The notes: generated by a model from the sequence alone, not told the origin. A DNA stretch of 64,000 nt from Eledone cirrhosa (GCA_964016885.1 OZ024740.1:114514001-114578000), one strand, 5' to 3'; shown: positions 25,801-39,951, numbered from the stretch's first letter. Program-made: numbers and translations.

Positions 25801-27784
25801 GACTCGTCAAAGGTCGAATGACTTATCGGAGGGATTATAAAAAGTAGAGTTCCAGGCTGCTGCTTTATGTGTACTAGTGCTATTGTTATTGTTAGTTGTG
25901 TTGTTTCTATTTCTATTTCCACCAACAGCCTCATGGTTGTTTCTATGTCTCTCATTATTACTCCTGTCTCTTTCCTCTGGCTCATTGTTATTATCTACTC
26001 TATTTTGTGTGTGTGTTCGTCTTGGTTATTTTCTCTGTCCATAGTCTCCCTTCTCCTTTCAATCCTATTACCTTCCCTTATTTCTGTGCTACTGTCATTA
26101 CCTGTTTTCTGTGTCTGTGTGTTTGGTGGTGGTGAGAGGCATTGAATGTGTGTTGTTGTTGATGTGTGCTGTTGTTGATGTGTGTTGTTGTTGTTGTTCC
26201 GTGTATGTTATTATTGTTGTGTGTGTTGTTATTGTTGTTTGTGTCTGCGTGTCTGTTGTTGTTGTTTCTGAGTATGTTATTATTGTTGATGTGTGTTGTT
26301 GTTATTGTTGTTTGTGTCTGTGTGTCTGTTGTTGTTGGGATGTGTGTTGTATATGTGTGTGTGTGTATGTTGTTACTTTTGTTTTTGTTTTTGTACAAAT
26401 AATATGTGTTGCCGTATGTATGTATGCATGCACACATGCAGCACACACACAATATATAATTATTCGATTAGCCAAGGTTTCATTTAAATTAGACGATTCT
26501 AACAGAAATGTCTAGTTCGTTCATCCGATAAAATATCTGTTATGCATATAAGATTGGAAATTTAAATCTATTACAAGTGAAAGTATAAATATACATAGTT
26601 GTATACATACATATATATATATATAAACACACACACGTGTATTTGTCTGTGGATAAAGAAAACAACAAAGGGAGATAGGTGGGGGGGGGGGAGAAAGGGT
26701 ATTTTTCTTTCCATGTATTCACACTCGATTCTATTCCCCTTGGCATGTTTTGTACTTCTTTAAAACATATGAATTGAACATGTAATTCAAGGGGCCAGCC
26801 GCACTGAATAACCCTCAAACATACACGCGCCTACCAGACATGTTGACGTCCAATTTCACGAGAACTTTTCATATTCAACCAACTGAAAAGCTAGATGCGG
26901 AGTGAACGGAAACATTTCACGGTTATAAATAGTCACCTGAACAGAAAAATAAAGTAAATCTATAGAGTAACTCATCAGAATTGTTGCAAGAACATATTTC
27001 CATGCAAAGCAATTATTATATATATAAATGCCAAAAAACATCAAGCTGTGTATCAGTATTATCTGATATATATGTGTGTGTGTGCGTGTGTGTGTGCGTG
27101 CGTGTGTGTGTGTGTGTTTTATGCGCGTGTGTGTGTGTGTTGTGCGTGTGAATGAATATGTATGCATGTGTTTATATATATGTGTGAGTGAAGGAATGTG
27201 TGTATACATGTGTACGAACACAATTTAATCGAACAGGTTTTATATGGCTTTAAATACCATTTCAGCTGTAAATATATTTCGAAAATATTAATATACATAA
27301 TACACGTTCCTGCCGGGGGAATTTTACAACGTATTTCGAATGATATGATATGCTATATGGATATTTCTTTATGTAAAACTTCTATATCTTATAATGCATT
27401 TGAAATATAATGTGTATCTATATGGAAATATAGTTATTTTGATATGACTCAAAATATCATGACTCCTTTGGTGACGAAACATCCACAGGGGTATAGCGAT
27501 ATCTACACCTTCACGATGCTAAACATTTTAATATTTGTTTCTGGTTACTAGTTACAATCACACACTGGTCATTCTGTGACACCAATTGAAATGTGTTTTA
27601 GTGAAACATGTCGACCCCAGAACTTATATTTTTTGTCGTTCTCTTTCTAATCGAACCACTAATGTACGAAACATATATTCACAGGTACAAACTCGTACAT
27701 AGATACACACTAACAGGCACACATATTATATTACTGAAATTACTGACTACTGCAATTTTAAGTTTCATTATTATTCATTTGCAT

Positions 27785-28205
27785 AGGGTGGAGGATTGGT
27801 AGTATTGGTAGAGGGTGGGACCCCATGCTTTGACGAATAGAGTTACGGTCCTTGCCATTCTGAGTTCAAATCATGCCGAGGTTAACTTTGCCTTTCATCC
27901 TTTCGGGGTCGATAAAATAAAGCACCAGTAATACAGTGGTTATTTCCTGGCCTTGTGCCAAATGTAGAAACAATTATTATTCATTTGCAGGGCGATTGAT
28001 TGGTAGTATTGGTAAAACGTCGGACACCATGCTTCGCGACAGAGATTTGCGGCCATTTACGTCCTGAGATCAAATTTCGCCTAGGTTAGCTTTGGCTTTC
28101 ATCCTTAAGGGGTCGATAAAGAAAGCAACAGTAATGCAATAGGATCGATTTAATCGAATTTCCCTTCCTCGAAAATCGATGGTCTTGTGCCCAAAGTAGA
28201 AACAA
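27785..28205 (+). mobile_element. Two tandem core SINEs
   Basis: Two successive GAGTTCAAATC/GAGATCAAATT B-boxes, each followed by the TTTCATCCTT..GGGGTCGATAAA core. Confidence 0.8.
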
Positions 28206-28886
28206 CTATTACATGTTTGCGTATCCAGGGAGTAATTGCGAAATTTAGACTACAATCGAAGAACATGTTCAGTAATATCATCAAAATATACAATATTCTC
28301 TACTAAGTTAGTCAGCAACTTTTCAACGTTTCTTCGTGTGTGAGCAAATCCGAAAATGCGGATATGTATATATATATACATATTTCACTGAGGACGTGAC
28401 ACAAAAGACCACACACACACGTACAAACAGGCAGCCTAAACACAACAATTAACGCAAGCAGTTTGCCTCAATTTCATTATACATATGGCAATTGATGTCA
28501 TCTTACTTTTTCATGCTGATACAGCAAACTTCAAAGCACGACGCTTGAAAGAAGTTTCTAAATTTTAAATTTAAATCAAATTTCAAAGCGATAAGACCGG
28601 AACAGTTTACTCTGAGAGTTCCCCATAATCTGAAGAAGGGAGTTTTAAGTCACGAAATATTAGAACTAAAAACAAAAGATAATGATAAATACCAGGTAAC
28701 AGAAACAGTTTTGTTACCTTCATTTAAATCACATGTTACTGTCCATTTGTGATTTTCTCCGTCTACTTAAAACATACTTTCTACATTATATACTGTACGC
28801 AATGCTTTAGGCAAACTACAACATCCTACTATATATATATATATATGTATATCCTACTATATATATATATTACATATATATATATA

Positions 28887-29487
28887 TTACATACAGAATA
28901 GCTGGGCTGCTCACAGTAAAGCAACCAGTGAAAGACTTGTTACACCTACATATGTATACGTGTGTGTATTCATATACACACTAGTATTTCAGTATGAATA
29001 TGTAGATGTACATTTTTAACTTAATTGTTTAAGCGTCAGTCATACAAAAGTGAGTTACAAACGAAACGAAATTTAATTTCGTTTCGTTATTTGATTTTAT
29101 CGTCTCCGCTGAACCGGTGCGTACTCACACTCTATGCAAATTAGTCTGCCCACTACTAATTTTCATAGAAAAAGCATATAACGATATGTGCTTTTACAAT
29201 TCTCCAGAAGGGCCGGTAGATAGGTAAATATTGCTGATGAGTTGTAACAACAACGAAACTAGTTCAATATTCCTTGTCTGGCTTTCTGGAGAATAGAGGG
29301 AAGGTGTTCCCCCGAAAACCAGTATGACTCTAAAAACCGGTTTGTCTGTGTGTTTACATACAGAATAGCTGGGCTGCTCACAGTAAAGCAACCAGTGAAA
29401 GACTTGTTACACCTACATATGTATACGTGTGTGTATTCATATACACACTAGTATTTCAGTATGCATATGTAGATGTACATTTTTAAC

Positions 29488-29493
<6 letters not shown>
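28887..29493 (+). mobile_element. Terminally redundant 467-bp non-coding element (1.3 units) with hammerhead; retrozyme-like
   Basis: 28887-29026 is repeated at 29354-29493; flanked by (TA)n; no meaningful ORF. Confidence 0.8.
29199..29294 (+). ncRNA. Type I hammerhead ribozyme with extended stem I
   Basis: AATATTG-CTGATGA(29234-40)-GTTG taacaa CAAC-GAAA-CTAG-TT^-CAATATT; distal helix TTCTCCAGAAG/TTTCTGGAGAA. Confidence 0.85.
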
Positions 29494-29582
<89 letters not shown>

Positions 29583-29979
29583 GAGAGAATTATATTTAGC
29601 TGCGAACATAGCTGTACATAAATATGTATTTGAATTTCGTATTCCTAAAGGAATACGGCATTAATAATCATTTGGAAAGCCATAGTTATGAATGATACTA
29701 GAAGCTAACGCCACCAGACGGTGCTCGAGAACCAGTTAAGCTGGAAATGCAAAGACGATTGTTCCCCTTGCTTCTGCCGAGCACCGCCTGGTTGTATTAG
29801 CTGCCAGCATCATTCATAGCAATGTCTTTCGAATATATATAACAATTATATATATGCATATACATATATATATATATACTGTATATATATTTAAAGGAAC
29901 GATCGAATTTCGTCAAATCGGACCGAGGGAACAATGTTTCCGTTGGTCTTTCCAATTGCTAATACTATCTATCTATCTA

Positions 29980-30044
<65 letters not shown>

Positions 30045-30363
30045 TGTTCAACATATTCATTTCGCATTCGTATGCGACATATTACAATGTCCGCTGAATA
30101 TATCTTTCCTAGAGAGTCCTATAGCACCGATTAAGGCCCAGAGTGTTGGGAAACTCGTGTTACGCGGGAGTATGAAAAATATATTTTGGGCTGAAATTTC
30201 GATCTCTTTTATAATATAAACACTCATATATTAACAAAAAGATGTCAATGTTAATCCACACATTCTAACACCGCTTATCGATTCGACATAGAGGCATTGA
30301 GTGCTGAAACCGATACCACCTCTAGTAATTAGCACGTGATATATATCTATATACATACACACG

Positions 30364-30404
<41 letters not shown>

Positions 30405-32414
30405 CCACGCACAGACACACACACATGCACACACACACACACACACACATACATATATATATATGTATAAGTGTGTGTGTATGTGAGTTTGTGTGTACAT
30501 TTACGCAAACACACATATTCATATATATAAGCTTATGTGTGTGTGTTTATATATTTAAGTATACATAATGCGTATGTTCATGTAATATTTATTCATTATT
30601 GTTAAAAAATATAATCTTTCAAGATGGAAAGTCACTCCGAATATAATCGGATTAAGATGTGTTTTCATATGGCTTCAAAACCATATCCGCAACAGCGTCT
30701 CATGACAACTCTGTTCTGTGTAAGTTTTGCAGTAAATCATATATTATCTAACCAACGAATGATTATGAGATGCAGTGTATTCTCTAAGCTTAGAAAATAG
30801 ATTATCTTAGTCAGATATTTAAATAACCAAAATGTCGTGTGTTATATTCATATTTCAAATGTATTATATGATATTGATATCTTACAAGTGGATAATTCAT
30901 GTTACCATATAATTTCGAGTATGCTGTAAAATCTCGATATCTCATCACCTTATAAGTTATAGATTCATGAAACGGTTATTAAGTATCTCATAAACAAGTG
31001 AGATAGAGAGGTGTTTAGTTAGTCATGTGCTGATAATAGCAGTCCTTTTCGTCAATGTAAAATAAGCTTGTGTTAATGCCAGCAGCATTTCAAAATTGTC
31101 ATAATTCTAAGAAACGTTTTATCCGTTTATAAACATTGATTTTTCCTCTTGGAAATATCAACGTGATGTACTACCTCAACAAATTCGAAAACAATTAATA
31201 TTGGTTAAACATCCGTTTTACGCTGGCAGCAAATGAATGCTAATCAATCCATATATTATTCCTTAAGGCAGAAAACAAAGAGGCGGATGCCTGAGAAAAT
31301 TTGTATATCTGTGAGTAACTGATGCATAATCTTCAGCTTTGAAACCTATAAATCCATTTATACACAGGTATTGTTGCAGTGGACATCAGTAACCAAATGT
31401 CTGTGCATCACACCGGAGCAGTTCAGCTGAGTTTCTGAAGAAAGAACAAGACCATCTGACACGTATACATCGAATTACATGCTATATTTGTCTCGGTTTT
31501 CAGGAAGAATTTTACATAATTCATAATGGCATGTAGAGCTGCGCAAAATGCAGATAAACCCAATACAATAGATCTATGTGTTACCAATCGTTAAAAAAAG
31601 GCAAATGTATATACACCATCTCTGGAAACCTACAATATCAGACTGATTATATCGTTCATGATATCCACGTAAAACCAGTGCCAAAGATATAGTAAGCTAT
31701 GTAAACTCAATCGTGAAAAACCTGCAATTTGTATATGTTATCGCTGGACACAAACATCACCACACTGATTTTACCTAAAGTAGTATCCATTGTAAATATT
31801 TAAATAACAGCTATTCTGTAAATACTGCTGCAGTATAATTACTGAAATGACCATTACGAATAAACATCAAATTCTATTCAGTACCAAGGAGTGTCCAAAT
31901 ATAGTTGATCTTTGAATAATTTAAACAGGCGCAGCCGTGAGTGAGTGTTAAAATATTTAACATCGCAAAGAAGTGGGTCTAGTTTCTGACTTGATGTTGG
32001 AGACCTTGGCCAACTGTCTTCTAATATAGCCTCAGTCTCACTGTAATGCTTTCTGTGGTGAATTTGGTAGGCGGGAAGTGCGCAAGCCTGTTGTATATAT
32101 AAATGAGTGTGTGTATCTGTCTGAGTTTACTGTTTTGTCAGCGTTTGTATTTATGTCCTGTAATTCAAAGGTTCAACTGAGCAGAGATTGATAACATTTG
32201 TACCAGTCTTGATAATCATAAATACTGTGGTTGAGGTGTCTCAAAAGGGTTGTAATATTATGACTGTAAAACAATAAAAGAAAGAATACTAAACTCATTT
32301 ATAAAATGCATTTACTTCTTACGTCACTATCACACACACACATACAATATTCCATCTCTCTCTCTCTCTATCTCCCTCTCACACACACACACAAACACCC
32401 ACTCGCTCTCTCTT

Positions 32415-32497
<83 letters not shown>

Positions 32498-32498
32498 G

Positions 32499-32544
<46 letters not shown>

Positions 32545-32564
32545 CCCACTCGCTCTCTCTTGCT

Positions 32565-32626
<62 letters not shown>

Positions 32627-32632
32627 CTCTTC

Positions 32633-32706
<74 letters not shown>

Positions 32707-33167
32707 CTTCCTCTCTCTCTTTCACTCTGTCCCTAGCACACTCGCTCGCTTTCTCTGTGTGTGCGTGGAAGAAATCACCTGAATTCAGACCTGTAGGTGG
32801 TAGGCCTCTGCAAGGTTTAAATACCCAATACACCATATATATCACTATGTTGTCTCTACTCTCAATCAAGTGTTATAGGCCTATAGTGTGATGACATAAC
32901 AATGAGTACCATAGATAAGACTAGTAAGGTACAAAATTATTGACAATCGAGTTAAGAACTCCAGGATGATAACCCAATAAACTGTAAGAAATACATATCT
33001 AAATCTGAAAACAAAAAGAGCTTTGGTATTTACTTGACAAAACAAATAGGAATCGAAATAAAAAAGCGTTTAAAAATCGTGCATTCTTTACATTGTCAAA
33101 ATGAAAAACTGTTTTCTATGCACAGAATTATATATATGTAAGAAAAACCACAGATCCTCCATTTCAA

Positions 33168-33211
33168 TTCTACTTTTGAAAAGCAGAAGAATTGCGAAAC
33201 GCGTAAAGGAA
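33168..33211 (+). ncRNA. Hammerhead variant with U3-A8 core (element about 33140-33350)
   Basis: CTT-TTGAAAA-GCAG aagaa TTGC-GAAA-CGCG-TA^-AAG; second copy at 60044-60086. Confidence 0.55.
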
Positions 33212-33374
33212 CCAAATAAATATATATTTAAAAGAAAAAATAGAAAAAAAAGACTCTATTTGAATTTTCGATTTCATCTTTTTTACTTATACATTCACTC
33301 GTGTAGGACACCTCGTTTTTTTTTCATTTTGTAAAAATCTCACTTTCTAATATATGATTTTTTAGTTTCAGAGT

Positions 33375-33560
33375 GCTCTTGAGTGCTACTGGTAACATGT
33401 AACCCAGTACAACCTGTCGCATGGTCGAGTTGTCGGCGACTAAACCGGCAACCCCACCAAGTTTACTTGGTGAGGAGGGTGATTTTGGACACCCTGCAGG
33501 ACAAAAAACAAAACCTGACAAAGGGCGGAAGAACTCATAAGAGTCAACGGCCATCCGAAA
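33375..33560 (+). mobile_element. RTE-type LINE 5' UTR fragment
   Basis: Homologous to 44236-44356 (+) and 51165-51340 (-). Confidence 0.55.
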
Positions 33561-33644
33561 GTGTCTAAATATGTATATGCACATGTACATATGTATGTAT
33601 ATATGTATATGTGTATATGCATGAGTGCATGTTTATGTATATAC

Positions 33645-33992
33645 GCGGGGACATAGAAATAGTCGGGCTGGACACCCGATACGTGGTTAAACCACTGGGA
33701 GGGAAGGACCCCTAGCCTATGTCAGGGCATTCTTTTAGGAGAAGGTAACTCAGGAAACTGGGATAACTCCGATGCAAAAGCTGCGGCTCAGTAGTTACCG
33801 ATGATGTTGATCTTTTCTTCTTTTCGGGTTATAACTACTGTTGTTCAGAGAGTGGGATTGGCTCAGTGCACAGTCTTTCCTCACTTTAAAAAATATCTTC
33901 ACGCACAGGCATTGCCCGATAGAATTAATTAATAATTATTAATAATGTTATATCGTGCAATGGTCATACTCGATGACGAGGGGGCAACCATC
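33645..33992 (+). mobile_element. Non-autonomous bipartite RTE derivative (5' UTR joined to 3' end)
   Basis: 33645-33945 is the reverse complement of the RTE 5' UTR at 49885-50190; 33950-33992 matches the 3' end seen at 44500-44545. Confidence 0.75.
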
Positions 33993-34228
33993 CTATATAT
34001 ATGTATATGTATGTATATGTGTATGAATTTTTTTCTCACGTGTCAGTTCTTTCGTTACTACGGACCCCGGCTGAATTACCGGTCGCTGTCTTCATTTTGT
34101 AAAGCCCTTTAAACTGTATGTTATTACTCTGTATGTTATTACCTTGTCGAGTGCTTGGCTGCACTGCTGAAAGCATTCGTCGACTTTGCTGAGGCTCTGG
34201 CTTCGAATATGCTGTACTTACATTTGTG

Positions 34229-34306
<78 letters not shown>

Positions 34307-34367
34307 GCATCAAGTATGAAATTTGTAGAATTTTGTAGAAAAAACAAATTTCATTCTTCACGACTCA

Positions 34368-34448
<81 letters not shown>

Positions 34449-34768
34449 TGTGTGTGTGTTGTTTCTTGGCTAATAAATTTAAATATGTAAAATAACTAAT
34501 ACCATTTTATATTGTGATCGATATGATATTTCTATTATAGAGACTTTTCGTTTCATATAGACTATAATAAATCACATATAGGAAAACGTGACATAAGTGC
34601 TTTAGCCTAACTAAAATGCTGAATCTCATTCTGCTAATATCATAATATGTAAAATATACATTTGCAACTGCGTTTATATAGATTGTTTCTTTTTTCTGAC
34701 AGTCACTAATTTTTTTAGATACACGCACACACACACAAACACATAAACATACTTACACGCTCACACAA

Positions 34769-34856
<88 letters not shown>

Positions 34857-34999
34857 AGAGAGGGAGAGAGACAGAAAGAGAGGGAGAGAGAGGGAGAAAG
34901 ATATGTAAGATCCGATCGCGGCGCCAAGTGGTTTGGGGTTATGTGTTGAGATATATATATATGTGTGTATCTCTTTCTCTCTCTCTCTCTCTATATATA

Positions 35000-35207
35000 T
35001 ATATTTCGTTTCTGAATTTGTTTAGCAAGGTTCTTTATCTGAAAACGTGTGTTGAAACCGATATTGTTATACTTTGGGAGAGTCATGTTGCCAATAAGAA
35101 ACACACGCACCACCTGCTATCACTTAAATTTATTATAATAAATTTAAGTGAAATCAACTGGTGCGTGTGTTTCTTATTGTCAACATGACCCTCCCAAAGT
35201 ATAACAA

Positions 35208-35212
<5 letters not shown>
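35000..35212. mobile_element. Head-to-head pair of PLE 3' termini
   Basis: TATTGTTATACTTTGGGAG..AAGAAACACACGCACC followed by its reverse complement; same terminus as 23083. Confidence 0.8.
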
Positions 35213-35265
<53 letters not shown>

Positions 35266-35329
35266 CATACATACATACATACATACATACATACATACAT
35301 ACATACATACACGTATGATGGGTTCTTAT

Positions 35330-35450
35330 ATAGGCACAAGGTCAGCAAATTTGTGGGAGTGGAAAGTCGATTAAATCGACCCCAGTACGTGACTGGTACT
35401 TTATTTATCGACCCTGTAAGGATGAAAGGCAAAGTTAACCTCGGCGAGAT
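35330..35450 (-). mobile_element. Core SINE, 5'-truncated
   Basis: ACTGGTACTTTATTTATCGACCC..GGATGAAAGGCAAAGTTAACCTC. Confidence 0.75.
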
Positions 35451-35747
35451 GCATATATGTATAATATATAGAGAGAGATTTAAGACTGCCATTTATATCC
35501 TTTACATCCTAATAAACATGATTGCTTTGTATCTAATCACCTTAAAGAGACGCCTGTAATGTTTATTTTAAAGTACTTTACTTTACTGCCTTCGGTTAGT
35601 TTGTGCCTTACTTGAGATATTTCAATACCTATATTTATAAGCTTCTCTAAATTAGATTCAAGGCAATCATATATATTGACTTGTAAAGTATAATTCTGAG
35701 AAGTATTTAAATATATAGGTTATTTGCAACTCTTTATATATATATAT

Positions 35748-36416
35748 ATTGTTATACTTTTGGAGGGTCATGTTGCCAATAAGAAACACACGCACCAGCT
35801 ATTTTCACTCCAATTTATAATAAATTAAATTATAAATTTAAAAAATTTATAAATTTTCGGTTGGTTGGTTGGTTCCACAACCGGATGATTGTTCATATAT
35901 TGTCAAAGTTCTTTCGTCAGACATTATGTGACCTCATCAGTGACCAGGGATTCTTTTCTTTGTTTTGTGCCTCTCCTTTGTTCTGTCCTACGCAATCTTG
36001 TTTTTGTGTGTGTTGTGTGCTTAGTTTGCGCATGTGTTACATCCGGGTGTCTGTGTGTGTTTTTATTTGTTTATTTATTTGTTTATTTACATGATACTAG
36101 TTGGTTGTTTGTTCTATGTGTGTGTGTTTTCATTTTGTCCTTAATTGTAAGTTGTGATGTTGCTATTCCATTCATGTTTTCTATCTAATTTTGGTTGGAG
36201 TTCATTTATGTTTATTGCCTCAGTTATTTCTATGTTCTCTAATTTGCCCTTATGTTCTATTTTAGCATGTTGGTGGAATACTGATGAGTATTTTCTATCT
36301 CGAAGCTCTCGCCAGTGTTCATTTCTTATTGGAAACATCACCCTCCCAAAGGATAACAATATCGGTTTCAACACACGTTTTCAGATAACGAATCTTGCTA
36401 AACAAATTCAGAAACG

Positions 36417-36420
<4 letters not shown>
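35748..36420 (-). mobile_element. 5'-truncated PLE copy with inverted terminal segment; HHR at 35902-35944
   Basis: 35748-36320 matches 23083-23710 with a deletion; 36324-36420 is the inverted terminus plus an extension. Confidence 0.85.
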
Positions 36421-36495
<75 letters not shown>

Positions 36496-36502
<7 letters not shown>

Positions 36503-37062
36503 CAGATTAAAGTTTAAGCAAAGAATCGCTGCTTTCACCCTTAACGGGATCTTCTGAAAGTAAAAAAAATCAACTGTGAACGCAGAAGTAAATATTTCAA
36601 AAAACGTTGCAACCGAGGGAAGACAGGAAGACGATACTATGATTCGTTGAAACGTTCCCTGGCAAAGAACGGAAAACAACGAAGATAATACGTCATTATT
36701 TGGAGCGGTAAACTTTGCCTTTCATGCTTACGGGGTCGATAAAATAAAGTACCAGTAATGTACTGGGTAATTGCTGGCCTTGTGCCTAAAGTAGAAACAA
36801 TTATTTGGAGCGGTAAAAATAATTACACGCAAAGACAAAACCACGTTTATGATATTAAATAATGAAGTATTATCTTCCTTTTTTTCCGTTCTTTGCCATG
36901 GAACGTTTCCACGAACCAAAGTATCGTCTTCCTGTCTTCCTTCGGTTGCAAGGTTTTTTGAAATATTTACTTCTGCGTTCACAGATTGATTTTTTTAGTT
37001 TCAGATGATCCCGTTAAGGGTGAAAGCAGCGATTCTTTGCTTAAACTTTAATCTGTTATTTT
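36496..37062. repeat. ~205-bp inverted repeat with a truncated SINE (36713-36799) in the spacer
   Basis: 36496-36701 is the diverged reverse complement of 36857-37062; ATTATTTGGAGCGGTAAA is duplicated at 36695 and 36800 (18-bp TSD). Confidence 0.85.
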
Positions 37063-37167
37063 AATAAATATTTGCTCTACGGTTCTTATATATTTGATAT
37101 ATATTTATCCTTATTGAGCCCTCTTTGGATTTAGTCTTCAAATTTATTATAATTACTATATATATAT

Positions 37168-37700
<533 letters not shown>

Positions 37701-37969
37701 ATATTGACGTCAATACTCATCTTTTTCTCCGAGGGTTCTTAACCCCACTATCAGGCTAAATAATTTCTTTAATTTCTTTAGTCAAAATACGGCGATAACT
37801 TACATTTCTAATAATTTCAAACCCACTCGCTGTATCGAAAATATTCAATTGAGACGTCCGTATAGAGCAAGTTTAAAGTTCCATAATAACCTAGCCTCGC
37901 ACGCGGAAGAGCCGAACTCTACTGTCATGGCCTCCACCTCTTTCACCCTACCCATCTCACTGAATTAGG

Positions 37970-39160
37970 AGCAGATGGGATTCCACGTGTTGGCCGTCCC
38001 ATTGCACTGGCGGACAGATTGGAGAAGGTGTTTCCCCGGAGGATGGTTAGGGAGATGCACTAGCTGAGCCGTTCTACTTCGCGAGGCTCACACCTGCGGC
38101 TGGCCAGCCTAGATCCTATGGTGGTAAGAGGGAGGTAGCATTAGGGCCGAGGACACCAGAAGTCTACCCTGCTAAGGGCACGACACCAAACCTGTCGGAG
38201 AGCGACCGGTACTTGGAGAGTTTTCTCTCCCCAGCCCGAAGTGCAGCAGAACCTGGGTTAATCGCCGACTGCACCAGGTTGCGGCTGGAAAAAATGTCGC
38301 TGCAAATGGCATCCCAAACGAGGGGTTTGCCACCGCGGAACAGGCAGATGCTCATACCGCCTGGCCTTTTGCCGTCCCCGCGATCCAGCCCCACCGGCTA
38401 CAGCTCGGGGTGTAGTGTGTGGGGGGGGGGTCTTCAGCATCCAAGCTATGCTTTATGGTGACATGGCGTTTTGAGCGACATGGCGTGAAAGGCGGCGGGC
38501 ATTGTAGCGATAGGAAAGCGAGTGAAGGCCGAAAGACTCCACGGTGGATCCGCAGCGACAATTGTGTGGCTCGCAGTTCCGGAGGCCAAGTCTCAGGGAA
38601 ACCCCGATGCGTAGGCCAGTGGAGAAGGAGGGTAATGCATGGAACCAGGCACCACTGTGGGATTATGAGGCGGCGCAAAAACAGGCAAGTTGGTGCTGGT
38701 CAAGCTTGCGCATTACCCTGTCTGAGGCCAGGCTGCACTGGATGTCATCCCAAATACATTGAAGGGAATTGACGTCAGCAGAGGGAGAAGGAGGAGGAGG
38801 GACGTCTACGGGGCTAACTTTCAGCCGGTTCCAGGTCTTGCAGGCAGCCTAAAGTTCCTCGATCACTTAGGTTCCATTGTGTTTAGGAGAACCCTGTTGA
38901 CGAGGACGCGGCATGGGGTTACCGACGAAAGAAACGCCGGCAAAGCCAGCGAGATAGGGGACCGGAGGCTAAGGCCACCATATCTAACATATAAGGTGGC
39001 CTGTTGCCATCCAATGTCGTCAAGCATGACGTTGCATATCACCTCAGCGGCCGCTCGGATACAAATGTCGAGGTCAGCGAGTAGAGATGCGTGGCTGAAA
39101 AACGGACCGCTGCGAAGGGTATAGAGGATCTTCGGCATGGCGAAGCAGTTCCTTAACATT
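37970..39160 (-). mobile_element. CRE-clade non-LTR retrotransposon 3' part (RT thumb plus RLE nuclease)
   Basis: PKILYTLRS, WQQATLYVRYGGLSLR, DGKRPGG..GKPLVWD, ERKLSKY. Confidence 0.8.
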
Positions 39161-39815
39161 CATTGGCTGCTATTTCTAATAACAGTTTTATACTCGTCAC
39201 CAAATCTATAACGTACAAATGTTTATCTTGTTGTTAGTTCTATGCATGCGTACACTATACTGCACCATCCACCATGCATATGTAATCTTCAGCAACAGGT
39301 AAATATAACTATTTTTTTAAATAATAATATTCAGAATCCTCCCTTATAATCGAGACCTTTTGGCTGAATGAGCAATCTTAATTGATAAATTTATTAATAA
39401 ATTACTTGGGATAGTAAATTATGTTTTTTTGCTCGTGAAACTGCAGTAAGGGGATCATTTGTTGAGCCCTATCACTTTATATGAAATATTCTACCACTGG
39501 GGTGACATGATTGTGAAGTTTCTTTATTTTAAATTGCTTCATCTGTGGTCTTTCCTTTGATTAGCCTGTGCAATATTTGATATATATTCACATATATAAA
39601 TATATACATACTACTGTAGATCTGTATACATATATGTATGTACGTATACATACTTATATTTAAGTATCAGCTGTACTAAGAGTGAGAAATGAAATTTCAT
39701 TTTTGCCATTTATCGTTTTCTGTACGCCCAGCCGACTAACTCACTCGATATGAAAATTAGGCTGATCAGCCGTTAATATGCATAAGGAAAGTATATACTT
39801 TCAAACGTTCAATCG

Positions 39816-39887
39816 ACTGACAGGAAGGTATACGGTGCTGATGAGGAGCTAATAAGCTAGAAACTAGTTCATCGTTCCTTTGTCAGT
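39816..39887 (+). ncRNA. Type I hammerhead ribozyme
   Basis: ACGGTG-CTGATGA(39838-44)-ggAGCT aata AGCTa-GAAA-CTAG-TT^-CATCGT; distal helix ACTGACA/TGTCAGT. Confidence 0.75.
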
Positions 39888-39951
39888 GTTGGACAAAAGG
39901 GCAACGATGGTTGCCGAACACTGTACGGCTTAATTCGGGCTGTTTTCTTTT

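Noticed and set aside
28625-28668. CTGAAGA..GAAATATTA HHR-like string
   Set aside because: No convincing stem I or stem II.
30600-31920. 1.3 kb of microsatellite-free sequence, possible exon or decayed transposase
   Set aside because: No ORF of 60 aa or more in the track and no motif I can recognise; needs BLASTX.
35035-35066. CTGAAAA..GAAACCGATA in the PLE tail
   Set aside because: C3-A8 mismatch, no stems, and antisense to the PLE.
36998-37040. CAGATGA-tCCC..GGGt-GAAA HHR-like string
   Set aside because: Both arms have A at invariant U4, and stems I and III are missing.
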